Shown in pieces: positions 1-52,800 of a DNA stretch of 64,000 nucleotides. Within the stretch, counting starts at the first letter, position 1. Each line of letters opens with the position of its first letter. Source of the DNA: Sphaerodactylus townsendi (lineage: Eukaryota); assembly GCF_021028975.2 (NCBI RefSeq), contig NC_059428.1, positions 138,570,001 to 138,634,000 on the forward strand. The letters run 5' to 3'. Position numbers and translations under genes: made by a program. Under the pieces are notes generated by a model. That model was not told where the DNA came from, did not search any database, and worked only from the letters and a program-made list of their open reading frames with translations.

Positions 1-165
1 TCCTTACTCTTCACTATCTTCATCGTCTTCTTTTGCCGGCCATTTCTGTTGCCCTGTCAGAGGCCAGCTGCAGGATACCAGCCACACCCTCAGGGGGCCC
101 TATTGCATCCCTCCCCCCACTAACCTAGCTGCCTTTCCCCCAGGCCTGAGAGCTGAGGTGGGAGG

Positions 166-12864
<12,699 letters not shown>

Positions 12865-14017
12865 GCATGGCAGACTGCATACTCCCCCCACCCGAGCTGC
12901 CTTATCTACCAGACCGGACTGTTTGCTGCATACAGAAATAAGTCTGTGCCTTGTTCGATTTTGCAGAACCTCCTGTTTTTATTGTGCTAGTTTCCAAATG
13001 GCCTTTTAAACTAGATTTGATACCTGTTGCCCAGGTGGTAATTAAAATACTACAGGTAGCGTTTTAGCTACATTTCCAGACATGTTGGGCTCTTGATATG
13101 TGCTGCTTTGTGCTGTTGAGAAAAAGGTCCTGATTCAGACACACACACACCCCTTTTCTTGATTCAGTGCCAGCCAGTCCAAGCTCAAAACTAAGGTGGA
13201 TTTATTATAACATTAAAACTAAAAGTGTGCCTAATCTAGAAACTGAGCCCACATGGGCTTTGTGCAAGAACACTTCACCTCCACTTGGTAGAAATAATTT
13301 ACAGTATTCAGAGCTTGGGGGAAGCAAATCTATCATTCCAAAGTGTTTGGGGGTTTTTTGGAGCAAGCATGGGGGGTGCGGTGGGGGAGGGGCATCTTCT
13401 TGCTGCCTCAATAACATTGATTTGCTGTTGCCTCAACATGTCAGGCTGGAGTCTGCGGTCAGTGCCGGCAGTTCCTACTCCGTGCCCACCCACCCCAACA
13501 CTGAGCACACCTGAGAGCTTGTATTGCACTTGTGTTTTATTGGGGAAATGGAAATGTCCCTGTGCATCTCCAGTGGCGTGGGGCGCTCAGCTGGGTACAG
13601 CAGTGTCTGCTTCTCAGGAGCTGCCTTCCAGCCACTTCTGCGCCTCTGTGGCAGCCCTGTTGCTCCTTGCGTTGCTTGCAGATAAGAGGAGCTGTCAAAA
13701 GCAGGTCTGCTCCAAGGAGTGGCTGAGGATGGGCCTTTGTGCTCACGGGGCCCCGTGGCAGCAACTCTGGCTCAAACAACCCTCCCTCGCAGCAGGCTTC
13801 ACACAGATGTCAGAGAAGGCCCCTTCGTTCCAATGGGAATGCAACACACTCCTTGGATGGGGGGCTCTCTGTGATTAGAGACAGAAAACACTGCCAGGCT
13901 CAAACCCCTCCCCCCCATACCATCAAAGAGAGAAGATGCCAGAGACAGAAACACCACACACCCCTTCAAAATGGCCACTGAAAGGCATGGTTGGATACTT
14001 CAATCTCATCTCCAGCA

Positions 14018-14023
14018 TTTATT
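14018..14023 (-). terminator. Probable SNRNP25 polyadenylation signal AATAAA
   Basis: TTTATT on the + strand, about 270 nt downstream of the SNRNP25 stop. Confidence 0.65.
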
Positions 14024-14279
14024 GACACCCGCATGGGAACAGATGCCCTGCACTTTCCCTTAAAAAGATGTCTCACAGTGGAAACCTACGGGCTGAGTTG
14101 GCCGACCCCAACCCCCATCAACTGGAGCCTCCTGGAAGGATGCAAGCCCCCTGCCAAGCCAGGCCCTCTATGTAACTGCTGAAACCAGCCAAGTTCGGGG
14201 GGGGGGGGGGGGCTGAGCAATCCACACACATCAGGGCGGAGATCCCACTAAGCCCGTGTCTGGATCGGTGGGAAGGCGC

Positions 14280-15500
14280 CAGACTCGCCTCACTTGCGGA
14301 GCCTCTTCACGAAGCTGACCTCGTCCCGGTTCCGGATGCCATACCTGCAAGCAGCACGGCGGGGTCACTTAGGTCCTAACCCCTCCCCCGCCCAAGAGAC
14401 CCCCCTGCCCCCCCAACTCACTCGCGAAGCTTCTTGCGATCGTCGTCCAGCTTCTCGCCCCCGAAGGCCAGGCTGTATGTCCGCCACACGCGCCTCCTGC
14501 GGGAAAAACCGGCGGTGGGCGGGGGGGGGGGGAAGCGTAGCATGGTGGTTAGCCTTGGGAGCGGGGGCGGGGGGGGTCCCTTCCCAGCCTTCCCCCCCGG
14601 GGGGCGGGGCTCACCAGCTGATGTGACGGACGCCGCCCTGGCGCTCCTGGCGGAGTTGGAGGAAGCGCTGCAGGGCCTTCTTCAGGTCCAGCACGGCCGC
14701 CTGCTGCACCACCACCACCGCTGCGGGGACAAGGGAGAAGAGCAGGTCAGGTCGGGCCGGGCCGCCCACCCGCGCGCATGCTCAACAGCGCCCCGCCACT
14801 CACGCATGGGCTCCGCGGCGTCCGGTCTGCGCACGCGCACCGTAATCGCCTGGCCGTACTCCAGCGCCACCTGCGAGGCAATCTCTTCCGGGGTCACCTA
14901 ACGAAGGAAAGAGGGGAAGCACGCCCGCGTGATTGGCCGCCCGCCCGCCGAGCGACAGCACGCCGTTCCGCCCCCTCGCTAGCCGAGGCCTCACCTGAGC
15001 CGGCAGGTCGCAGAGCAGCGGGTCCCGCACGAGGCGCGCCAGTCCGGCCTGCCAGAGCGCCACCGCCTCGGCGTGCGCCAGCTCCTCGCCCTCCTCCTCG
15101 CCCGCCATGCTGCTGTTCTGCCCGGCCTGCGGGAACGTGCTGGTCGCCGAGGAGGGCACGCGCTGCCTCCGCTTCGCCTGCACTACGTGCCCCTACGTCC
15201 GCAACGTCACGCGCAAGGTGGGTGTGGCCTCTACACTAGGGCCCCGACGGCGCCAACCTCCCGGCTGGGCCTGGAGGCCTCCCGGGGGTCTCCAGGCAGC
15301 TCCTCCGGACGAGGGGGCGGGGGTGGTGCCGCCCTCCCATCGCCGCGGCTTCCCTCTCCCACCCGGACTGACGCTCTCCCTTCCCTCTGCAGGTGACCAG
15401 CAGGCGCTACCCGAAGCTGAAGGAGGTGGATGACGTCCTCGGGGGAGGCGCCGCTTGGGAGAATGTGGACTCCACTGCTGGTCAGTGGGCGCGGGTTTTG
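14280..15500. promoter_or_regulatory. CpG island covering SNRNP25 and POLR3K exons 1-2, with interleaved promoters
   Basis: Very high GC and CpG density. CCAAT box (ATTGG, 14932-14936), NRF1-like GCGCGCATGC (14772-14781), GC box at 15311-15324. Confidence 0.8.
14290..15108 (-). CDS. SNRNP25: U11/U12 snRNP 25 kDa protein, 5 exons, 147 aa
   Basis: Exons 15108-14995, 14897-14804, 14720-14615, 14496-14422, 14344-14290; GT-AG, phases consistent, 444 nt. Peptide ...DPLLCDLPAQVTPEEIASQVALEYGQAITVRV...PVVVVQQAAVLDLKKALQR...YGIRNRDEVSFVKRLRK*. The start codon is inferred as the only in-frame ATG upstream of the conserved region. Confidence 0.95.
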
Positions 15501-16402
15501 GGGGCTCTGGGAGGAGCAGATAGTGGGGTGGAAAGAGACCCCCCCCCAGAGCTGCTGCCTGGCTGAGCAGACAAGATCCAAGGTCTGCCCCAGTATCAAG
15601 ATCTAGGGTACCAGTGGAGTATGAACAGTCAGTGTGGTGCAGCAGCAAAAAAGGCTAATGCGATCTTAGGATGTATCATAACATCCGAATCGCAAGATGT
15701 CCTAGTCCCACTGTATGCCACTGTAATCAGGCCACATCTAGACTCCTGTGCACAGTTATTGGTGGACTCAGTTCAAAACACGTGGACAGAATAGAGCAAG
15801 TGCAGAGGAGACCAACAAGGATGATCGGGGCCCGTGACCAAGCCATGAGGAAAGGCTGAGGGACTTGGGGATGGTTCGTCTGGATAAGAAGAGGTTAAGG
15901 GTGGACATGATTCCTCTTGTGGAGTATTTGAAGGGCTGTGTCTTTAGAGGAGGGCAGGGAGCTGTCCCTGTTGGGAGCAGAGGGCAGGACTCGCAATCAT
16001 AGGTTTAAATTAGACAGAAAGGTTCTGGTTGGATGGGGGGGGGGGGGATCTTACAGTAAGAGTTGTGCAGCAGTGGAATCGGCTGCTTCAGGAGGTGGTG
16101 AGCTCCCGACTGGCAGTTTTAAAGCAGCAGCAGGAGAAACGGGCTGCTCTAGTCAGGGATCGCTCAATGGGGCAGGGGGTTGGACTAGATGGCCCTCCTT
16201 TGTGTGCTCATGTTGTGCGGGGGCTCTGCTGGTGTGGCCCATCTCTGAATTAACCCCATCCTTCCCTCCTGCAGAGCCATGCCCCAAGTGTGAGCACCCA
16301 CGGGCTTACTTCATGCAGCTGCAGACGCGCTCGGCCGACGAGCCCATGACCACCTTCTACAAGTGCTGCAGCCCCCAATGTGGACACCGCTGGCGGGACT
16401 GA
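15107..16402 (+). CDS. POLR3K: RNA polymerase III subunit K (RPC10/C11), 3 exons, 108 aa
   Basis: Exons 15107-15217, 15393-15480, 16275-16402 (327 nt). [10 protein letters not shown]...[11 protein letters not shown]...[30 protein letters not shown]...HRWRD*: two zinc ribbons and the TFIIS-like RSADEP motif. Confidence 0.98.
15620..16195 (+). mobile_element. Degraded CR1 LINE 3' fragment in POLR3K intron 2
   Basis: Remnant CR1 ORF2 C-terminal peptides ([29 protein letters not shown]) and CR1 3' UTR GGGGTTGGACTAGATGGCC. Confidence 0.75.
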
Positions 16403-16438
16403 GCCCAAAGACACGCAGGCCGCTTCCTACAAAGTCAC

Positions 16439-16444
16439 TTTATT
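16439..16444 (-). terminator. Probable GTF3C1 polyadenylation signal AATAAA
   Basis: TTTATT on the + strand, 35 nt beyond the GTF3C1 stop, inside the 77-bp gap between the two stop codons. Confidence 0.65.
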
Positions 16445-16479
16445 GGCCAATGAGTCCCACATCCTCTCCCCTCCCCCCA

Positions 16480-45941
<29,462 letters not shown>

Positions 45942-46055
45942 CGCCGCCGCAGCCGCACCGCTGCGCACGCGCGACCCCGCCGCCCCGGATGTGTCCCGCA
46001 GTGGCGGCCGGCAATACGTCACCTGCAGGCGCCCGCGCGTCCCACCGCCTCAGCG

Positions 46056-46069
46056 GTAACCGAGGCAAC
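46056..46069 (+). promoter_or_regulatory. RFX X-box motif
   Basis: GTAACC-GA-GGCAAC fits the consensus GTNRCC(N0-3)RGYAAC and lies upstream of the ciliary gene KATNIP. Confidence 0.65.
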
Positions 46070-46840
46070 GGCTCCAGGCCCGCCGGCGGCGACTGTTGTC
46101 AGGAGCGGAAAATGGGGGCGGTGTGAGGCTCGGAGCCCCTGGCTGGGCCGGCGGCGAGCGCCGACTGCCTGGGTGGGTTGGAGGCCCTCGGGGCGGGGCG
46201 GAGGGAGGTCGGGGCGGTGCCGCCCGGCAGGCCCAGAGTGGGGCGGCGGGCGGTGGCTACTCTGCAGCGGGTAACACTTCACTCCCCTCCGGGCGAAGCC
46301 TGGAGACCTCCCGGATTTACAGGTGATCGAGAGGCTAGAAAGGGAGCAGCTCTCCCGGAGAGAACGGTACCCCTCCCCCAGATCCCCACTGGCTTAATTA
46401 GCGGGAGTTGGCAACCCAGGCAGACAAGCTCCGGAAACCCTGCTGTGCGAAGGGGATGGGAAGGGTCTTCCTGCTCGGAAGCTAGGAGAGTTTCAATGGT
46501 CAGAGGAGACAAGGCCAAGCAGAAGAAACTGACACCAAACGCATCCTGGTGAGACCTCTTCTGTGCTTCCCATGGACAGCCATCCCACGGAGGGACGGCC
46601 TTTTGCTGCCCCCAGGAAGGAGATTAAATGGATGCACAGGCACAGTGTAAGCCCACCATGAGGGAGCAAACTGATTTGACCAAATTTATCTTCATTTTCC
46701 AAATAAGTCCTTTGTAAGGAACTTTAGCTTTGATGTATGCAATTGATTTGCGAAACATGCTGTCAAAGAGCAGGAGGCTGCTTGACTAAACCCCCTTTTC
46801 CACTGTAGCTCATCTGCATGTGTGTGTGTGTGTGTTTCAG

Positions 46841-49800
46841 AGTCAACCCAGGGACATGGTGACTGACTTTGATGAGAAGCATGACAAACATTTAGTGTTA
46901 CTTCAGCAGAGAAAAAGGTATGCTTCGTAATTCACTGCATCACCCATCACAGGATGTCACTGGTAGGAAAGAAACCAGTTCTGATTTTGAATCTGACCTG
47001 GATAATCAAGAACCCTTCACATAAACTGTCTCTTCTTTTTCGGTCTTCCGGTGCAGCCCCATCAGCAGATCTCTGTCTTGTTCTAGAACTGTGGGGGGGA
47101 CACCCCTCCCTCCCAGTCAGGAGATATGGGAGGTTTTCCCACTCAAAGTCACATGTATTGGGCGGGGCATCCTCTACTCCAATTCTTCTTATTGCTTTAG
47201 TGTGCAGTTCAGCTGTACTCTAGTTTCTTTATTGTCTGAGTGTTTCTACAGTTTATTTTCTTCTTCGGGTCTTCCCAGTTGAAATGGAATCTATGATGGG
47301 CTTTAAGAAGCGTACCCCTTGTGGTACGAAGATGACTAAGTCTGACAACCATGTTGCCTGTCTCCTGTGCCTCAACAAGACATACAACATGCAGACCTGT
47401 AACATCTCCTTGAGTTTTACTCACAAAGCGAGGGCTTTTTGACTCAAAGCAGCCCTTTGGAAGCGTACTCCGGTGGCTGCTTCTCCCTGCTGTGGTGCTC
47501 AGACCCCTAAAGCCGCATCAGCTAGATCAGTGCCAGGCGCAGGAACCTTGCAAATGCATTTCAAGGCCATCCACTCGTTCCGATATACTTGCCTCTGTTC
47601 CCAGCCCTGTTCTTCCCTCCAAATTGAGAGGATCCTCCGCCCTAGGCAGCTCCACTGTTCCCATGGTTGTTCCCTCTGTTCTGGTGCTGTTGGTTCAGGC
47701 AATTCCTCTATTCAGGCAACTGCCTCCATTCTGAAAAAGTGGACCTCTGTTCCAGAGGAGCCCTCCTCCGTTCCGATGGTTTCTACTGCCTGGAAGTACA
47801 ATGCAGGGAAACACAAATCAGATAAGAAAGAGAGTGTTCCTCTAATTAAAAATCACAAAACACACAAGGACACGGAAACACCACCACAAGACCAAGTCTG
47901 CCAAGAACCTCTCCTCTGCTCCTGAGCAGGTCTTAGCTCTCCCTGTGTTTACACTCTGAGTCCCTGATCTTGTCCTTTTCTAATGGGGAAGCAGAGATCC
48001 CGCCTAACCAAGAAGTCCTCATGACGTCCGTGACCCAGTAGCGACTTGAACCCCACTGGCCTCAGTATGGCAATCAGGGATATCAGGGCTTGTTGGGTCA
48101 ACATTTTTCAGAGGCTACCCATTGGGACCTCCCCCCAAAAGCCCCTGCAAGTCCAGGATTACGTGCAGGGCTCAGATGCAGAGGCGGGCAAGGTTGTCAC
48201 TTCAGTTTGAGGATCTGAGGTTCTATCCAAGACGTTGTCTGATGACAGAGTGGGGGACCCCAACCCTGTGTCTCCCAATGAAAATGTGCGGATTTATTCT
48301 GAACAAATGCTGCTCATTGCCACAGCTTTGGACCTGCAGATGACTACTTCAGATAACCATCCTAAGGACAGGATCCTGGGTCACCTTCACCCTGAGGCGC
48401 TCGCTATCATGGCCCTTCCCATCCTGGGGGGCCTTACTGAACTGACTGGTCCATTATGGCCAAAGCCTTCCTCTGTCCCTGTGTCATCTAGGAAGATAGA
48501 GAACTTCTATCATATTCAATCAGAGGCAGGGCACTTCTTCATCCCCCATTCCCCCACCTTCATCCGTGGTCACCGAAGAGCTCCAGCAGAAAGCTCGTGC
48601 TGGCCAGCACTCAGCACCTGCTGATAAAGGGAGCTGGCACTTGGTTGCTGTGGGCAGGAAGGTCTATTTGGCCACAGCGCCAAGCTATCCTGGGCGGATA
48701 CCACCTCCGTGTGGCAGAACCTTTCCTTCTACCTAGAAGGCATCCCAGAGGAAGCAAGGGCCACTATTCAAGCCCTGCAAGCTGAGGCGTTCAGGGTTTC
48801 CAGACAACAGATAGCTGCAGGGAAACTTGCAGCTGACACCAAAAATGAAGACAGGGTTGGACTTCCTTGTAACTGCTGTTCATTGAGGTCTTCAGTGCAG
48901 ACCCTCCCTCCTGCCCCTCTGTGATTGATGTTTGAGACCTGAGCTTACAGCGGCAAGCAGGAACTGAGGATAGTGGTGATGCTCTGCCCAGTACATGTGA
49001 CTGAGTGGGAAAACCTCCTGCATTTCCTGACTAAGAGGGAGGGGCGTCCCCCCCATAGTTCTAGAGCTAGATAGAGATCTGACTATAGGCAGGCCTGCGC
49101 ACAGGCACAGTCTCACTCGGATGTCTGCACCAAAAACCTCAGTGCACAGCAGCTTCAGGTCAGTACAGTCCTGTCTTCTGCAGACAAGAAAAGAAAATTT
49201 GAAATCAGAAGCTTCACAAAATACTTCTAGGGTCCTGAGGGAGCAGAAAATCAAATTGTTAAATACAAAAAAAAAAGGTTTCAAATGGCTGTTTTAATTG
49301 AATGTTGAGCACTGCAATGCCACATAGTGTTACTCCAGCCTAAGCTAATGTGTTGAGACTAGAGTAATCCTGCATGGGATTGCACTGTCAACAATTCCTG
49401 CTAGACATTGCCCCTTCCAGGGATAGGCCATTCCTTCTTGCTCCCTTGCAGTAGGATCTATCAGGCTGAACGGCAAAGGCCCCCTCCTTCTGCCTAAATT
49501 TAGGGTGAGATGTATGAATTGCTCTCAGGAGGGCAGAGGGATAGTTCACATCATTCTGGCTTTCTCAAGGCTTCCAGTTTGCTGCTGCTCTTGTTTGAGT
49601 TAACAGGGATTGTTGCCTTGTCGGTCCAGTTGTGCCCCAGTTCTCAGCTGCGTCACTGCTAAGGGCCAGTCAGTGGGCTTGGGCTGGAATAATTATGCCT
49701 AAGCCTGCGCTGTGACACTACCTTGCATGTGAAGCAACAGAGCACGGAATGGCTGACCTTTTGTTTTCAGGATCTTGAAGCGTCTCCAGAAGAAAGACCC

Positions 49801-52800
49801 CATCCAGATTAAACTGGAGCAGCTGGAGCAGGGCTTTACTCTGTATGTGAACGGAGCCCATTCAGAGCCGAGCACCTGCTGCAAGAAGGTCAGCTTTCAG
49901 CTCGCTTCCAGAAGTGGCGCACGAACAGCAAGGGCAAACGGTAGGTGCCAGCCTTCTGGTGTAGATCTCACATTTTGTTCCTAAGCAAGAACATGTCTGG
50001 ATCAGGGGATTCTGAGCATAAGCTGTGTCTTCAGTTGGATGAGAAATCCTGGGTGCTCTCTTTCACTTCATAACTTGAAGATACATTAGTGAACCTCAGG
50101 CACTGTGGCAACAACAAGTTGTCTGCGCAAGGCTGGTATCGGCCTGCCCCTGCACTAGGCCGTTGGCAGTGAGGTGTTTCTTTAGGGGCAGTGGCTGGAA
50201 TAGCAGCCAAGAAGCAAAAGTCCCCCCCTCCTTGCTGCAGTTGCTTCCTCCTTCAGTCACTTTACTGACCTTATTGCAAACCACATCCTTCATTTTTAAC
50301 TTTTCTTGCCAAGAGGCACAAGATGGATGGTGGAAGCGGCATCATTTATTGGCAGGCGGGTTTTTGGCAAGAGCAGCTGGGCATGCAGAGGGGTGCTTTT
50401 TCCCTGCTGGCTGTTCTCATAGTGGAAAAAGACAGTTCAGGAGAGGAGTAAGGTCGGTGGAGGGAGAACAAGAGCAGTGACTGCTAGTGAGCTTTCCTGG
50501 TGTGCTGCCAGGTGAGGTGGTGGGAGCAAGAGAGTGCCCCTGGTCTGGGATTTGGTCCTCAGACCTCCTGACCTCCCCATCCTGGCCCTAAAGGACGGAA
50601 AGGAGCGGAGGAGCTCACTCTCCCGTGCAAATGCTGCAGTTTTAGAAACACATCTTGCTGCCAGAAAGACACATATGTCTTATAGTCAGGACTATAAGAA
50701 AAAAGGGACAGCTCACTGCTGTTCTTGCCCAAGAAACAGGACTATTTGAATAACAAGGACCCCTCTCTGTATTTGGTGCCTCATTTCCATGTGATCTCCT
50801 ATGAATCAGCTGATAGGAATGTACATTATTTTCAGTCCTTCCTTACACCAGGAGGGTAGACTTTGATGGCTTTTGACCCTTCCTGTTCCTATGTCATTCC
50901 CTGCCCCTAATTTCTTTTCAGATACTGGCCCAGGAGCCCCGTTGAGCAGAGGAGACGCCCAAGGGAGGAGCACACAGAGTGCCCCAAGTAACATCCAGCG
51001 CAGAGAATGGCTCCCGGTATGGAAAGCCGAGGGAGGGCCTGTTCTGTGCAGCTGGGCCCCTACCTTCAACCAGACTGGGCAGCGGGGGGACCAAAAGAGA
51101 CACATTTGGAGCCTGGGAGATTAGCCAGCGTGGTGTAGTGGTTAAGAGCAGATGGATTCTAATCTGGAGAATCGTGTTTGAATCCCCACTCCTCCACCTG
51201 AGCGACAGAGGCTTATCTGGTGAACCAGATGTTTCCACACTCCTACATTCCTGCTGGGTGACCTTGGGCCAGTCACAGTTCTCTCTGAACTCTCTCAGCC
51301 CCACCTGCCTCACAAAGTATCTGTTTTGAGGAGAGGAAGGAAAAGGAGCTTGTAAGCCACCTTGAGTCTCCTTACAGGAGAGAAAGGCGGGGTATAAATC
51401 CAAACTCTTCTTCTTAGCTTGGCTGGGAACAGCCGCTTCCTAGCCCACTCCTGAGACAGTTTCCTTTCAGCTGATGGCCTTCTCCTTCATCAGCCGTCTA
51501 TAATCAAGTGACGATGGAAACAGAGGATGCTTTTTCTAAGTAAAATCATGTATCTCAAGGTTCCCCTGGTCCTTTGACTATACAACTGCTGTTTCAGCAT
51601 TTGTTCCTGCCTTAGCCTGCATGCGGAGGGGCTTTTTTAAACAGATGTCTTGGGGAGATATTGTATGGAACCTTTCTGAAAACAGCCAGTAGGACGAGCG
51701 AAGGGTTATGGTGTTTGGGGTTGTTTCTTTTTAATGTTAGACAAAAGATGATGACCGAAAGAAAGAGATTCAGAAAACTATGCACAATGTGGAGGTTCCC
51801 CTCCCTCCCCTTATAACGCTGGAACTCAAATCACCCAGTGACAGGCCCCGGGGGGGAGGGGGGAATGGAAACATTCAGAAAAAAAGTTTTTTCCCCTGAA
51901 AATTTTCTTCAGAAAAAAACTGCCTCTGCCTATACGGTAGACATATGCAATATTTTTTGTATTTTTTTGGCGTTGGAATTATCCTCACAATAGTCTTCTG
52001 AGGTAGGCCAGTCCTGGAGATTCTGACTGGCCTGAGGTCACTCAGAGAGTCCCACTAACGTCAGTAATGGGCTTGTTCTTTCTAGAAAACCGTACAGATC
52101 AAAACAGAGGGTGGATCTAAGCTGTATGTGGCCCCTCCAGTGGAGTACTCCGATGACTTTGAACCTTACGAAAGCCTTGACCAGGAGACAAGCGATTGTG
52201 AGCAAAATGGCCCTACCCAGGTGTGCGTCTCTTCTTCCTTTGACTCAAATGCCAGCAAAGAGGGAGGGTCAGTTTGCCCCTCTGTTGTCACTGAGCTTCA
52301 GTTGCCCATCTCAGCTATGCATGGGATTGACAGGCAGCATCTGGGGACACAGGCTTCCCTCACCCCCCACACCTTACTTGGTTGCTTGCACAATCATCCA
52401 GGCATGGAAAGTCCCCTGCAGAGAGCATCTGTGAACCTGTCAAGCTTTCCTCTCCCTGATACCACCAGGAGCCCACAGGGGCCTCTTCCCCTTCCAGCTG
52501 AGATTCCTGGTCTCTTCACTGCTTTTTGAAACCTTTTTATATTTTGAGCAGTCGCTTGTACTTGAGAACCAGCATGGTGTAGTGGCTAAGAGTGGTGGAC
52601 CCTAGTTTGGAGAACCTGGTATGATTCCCCACTTCTCCACTTGAGCGGCAGAGTCTTATCTGGTGAACTGGATTTGTTTCTCAGCTTCTACATTCGTACC
52701 GGGTGACCTTGGGTTAGTCCCAGTTCTCTCAAAACTCTCTCAGCCCCACCTACCGCACAAAGTGTCTGTTGTGAGGGGGGGAGAGGAAGGGAAGGGATTT

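Noticed and set aside
15107-15217. His/Ile replacements in POLR3K exon 1 as avoidance of antisense uATGs
   Set aside because: Equally explained by GC bias, and synonymous codons could avoid CAT; not testable from a single sequence.
46112-46498. KATNIP start codon at 46112 and first exons
   Set aside because: No convincing phase-compatible donor/acceptor pair could be found; left unresolved rather than called.
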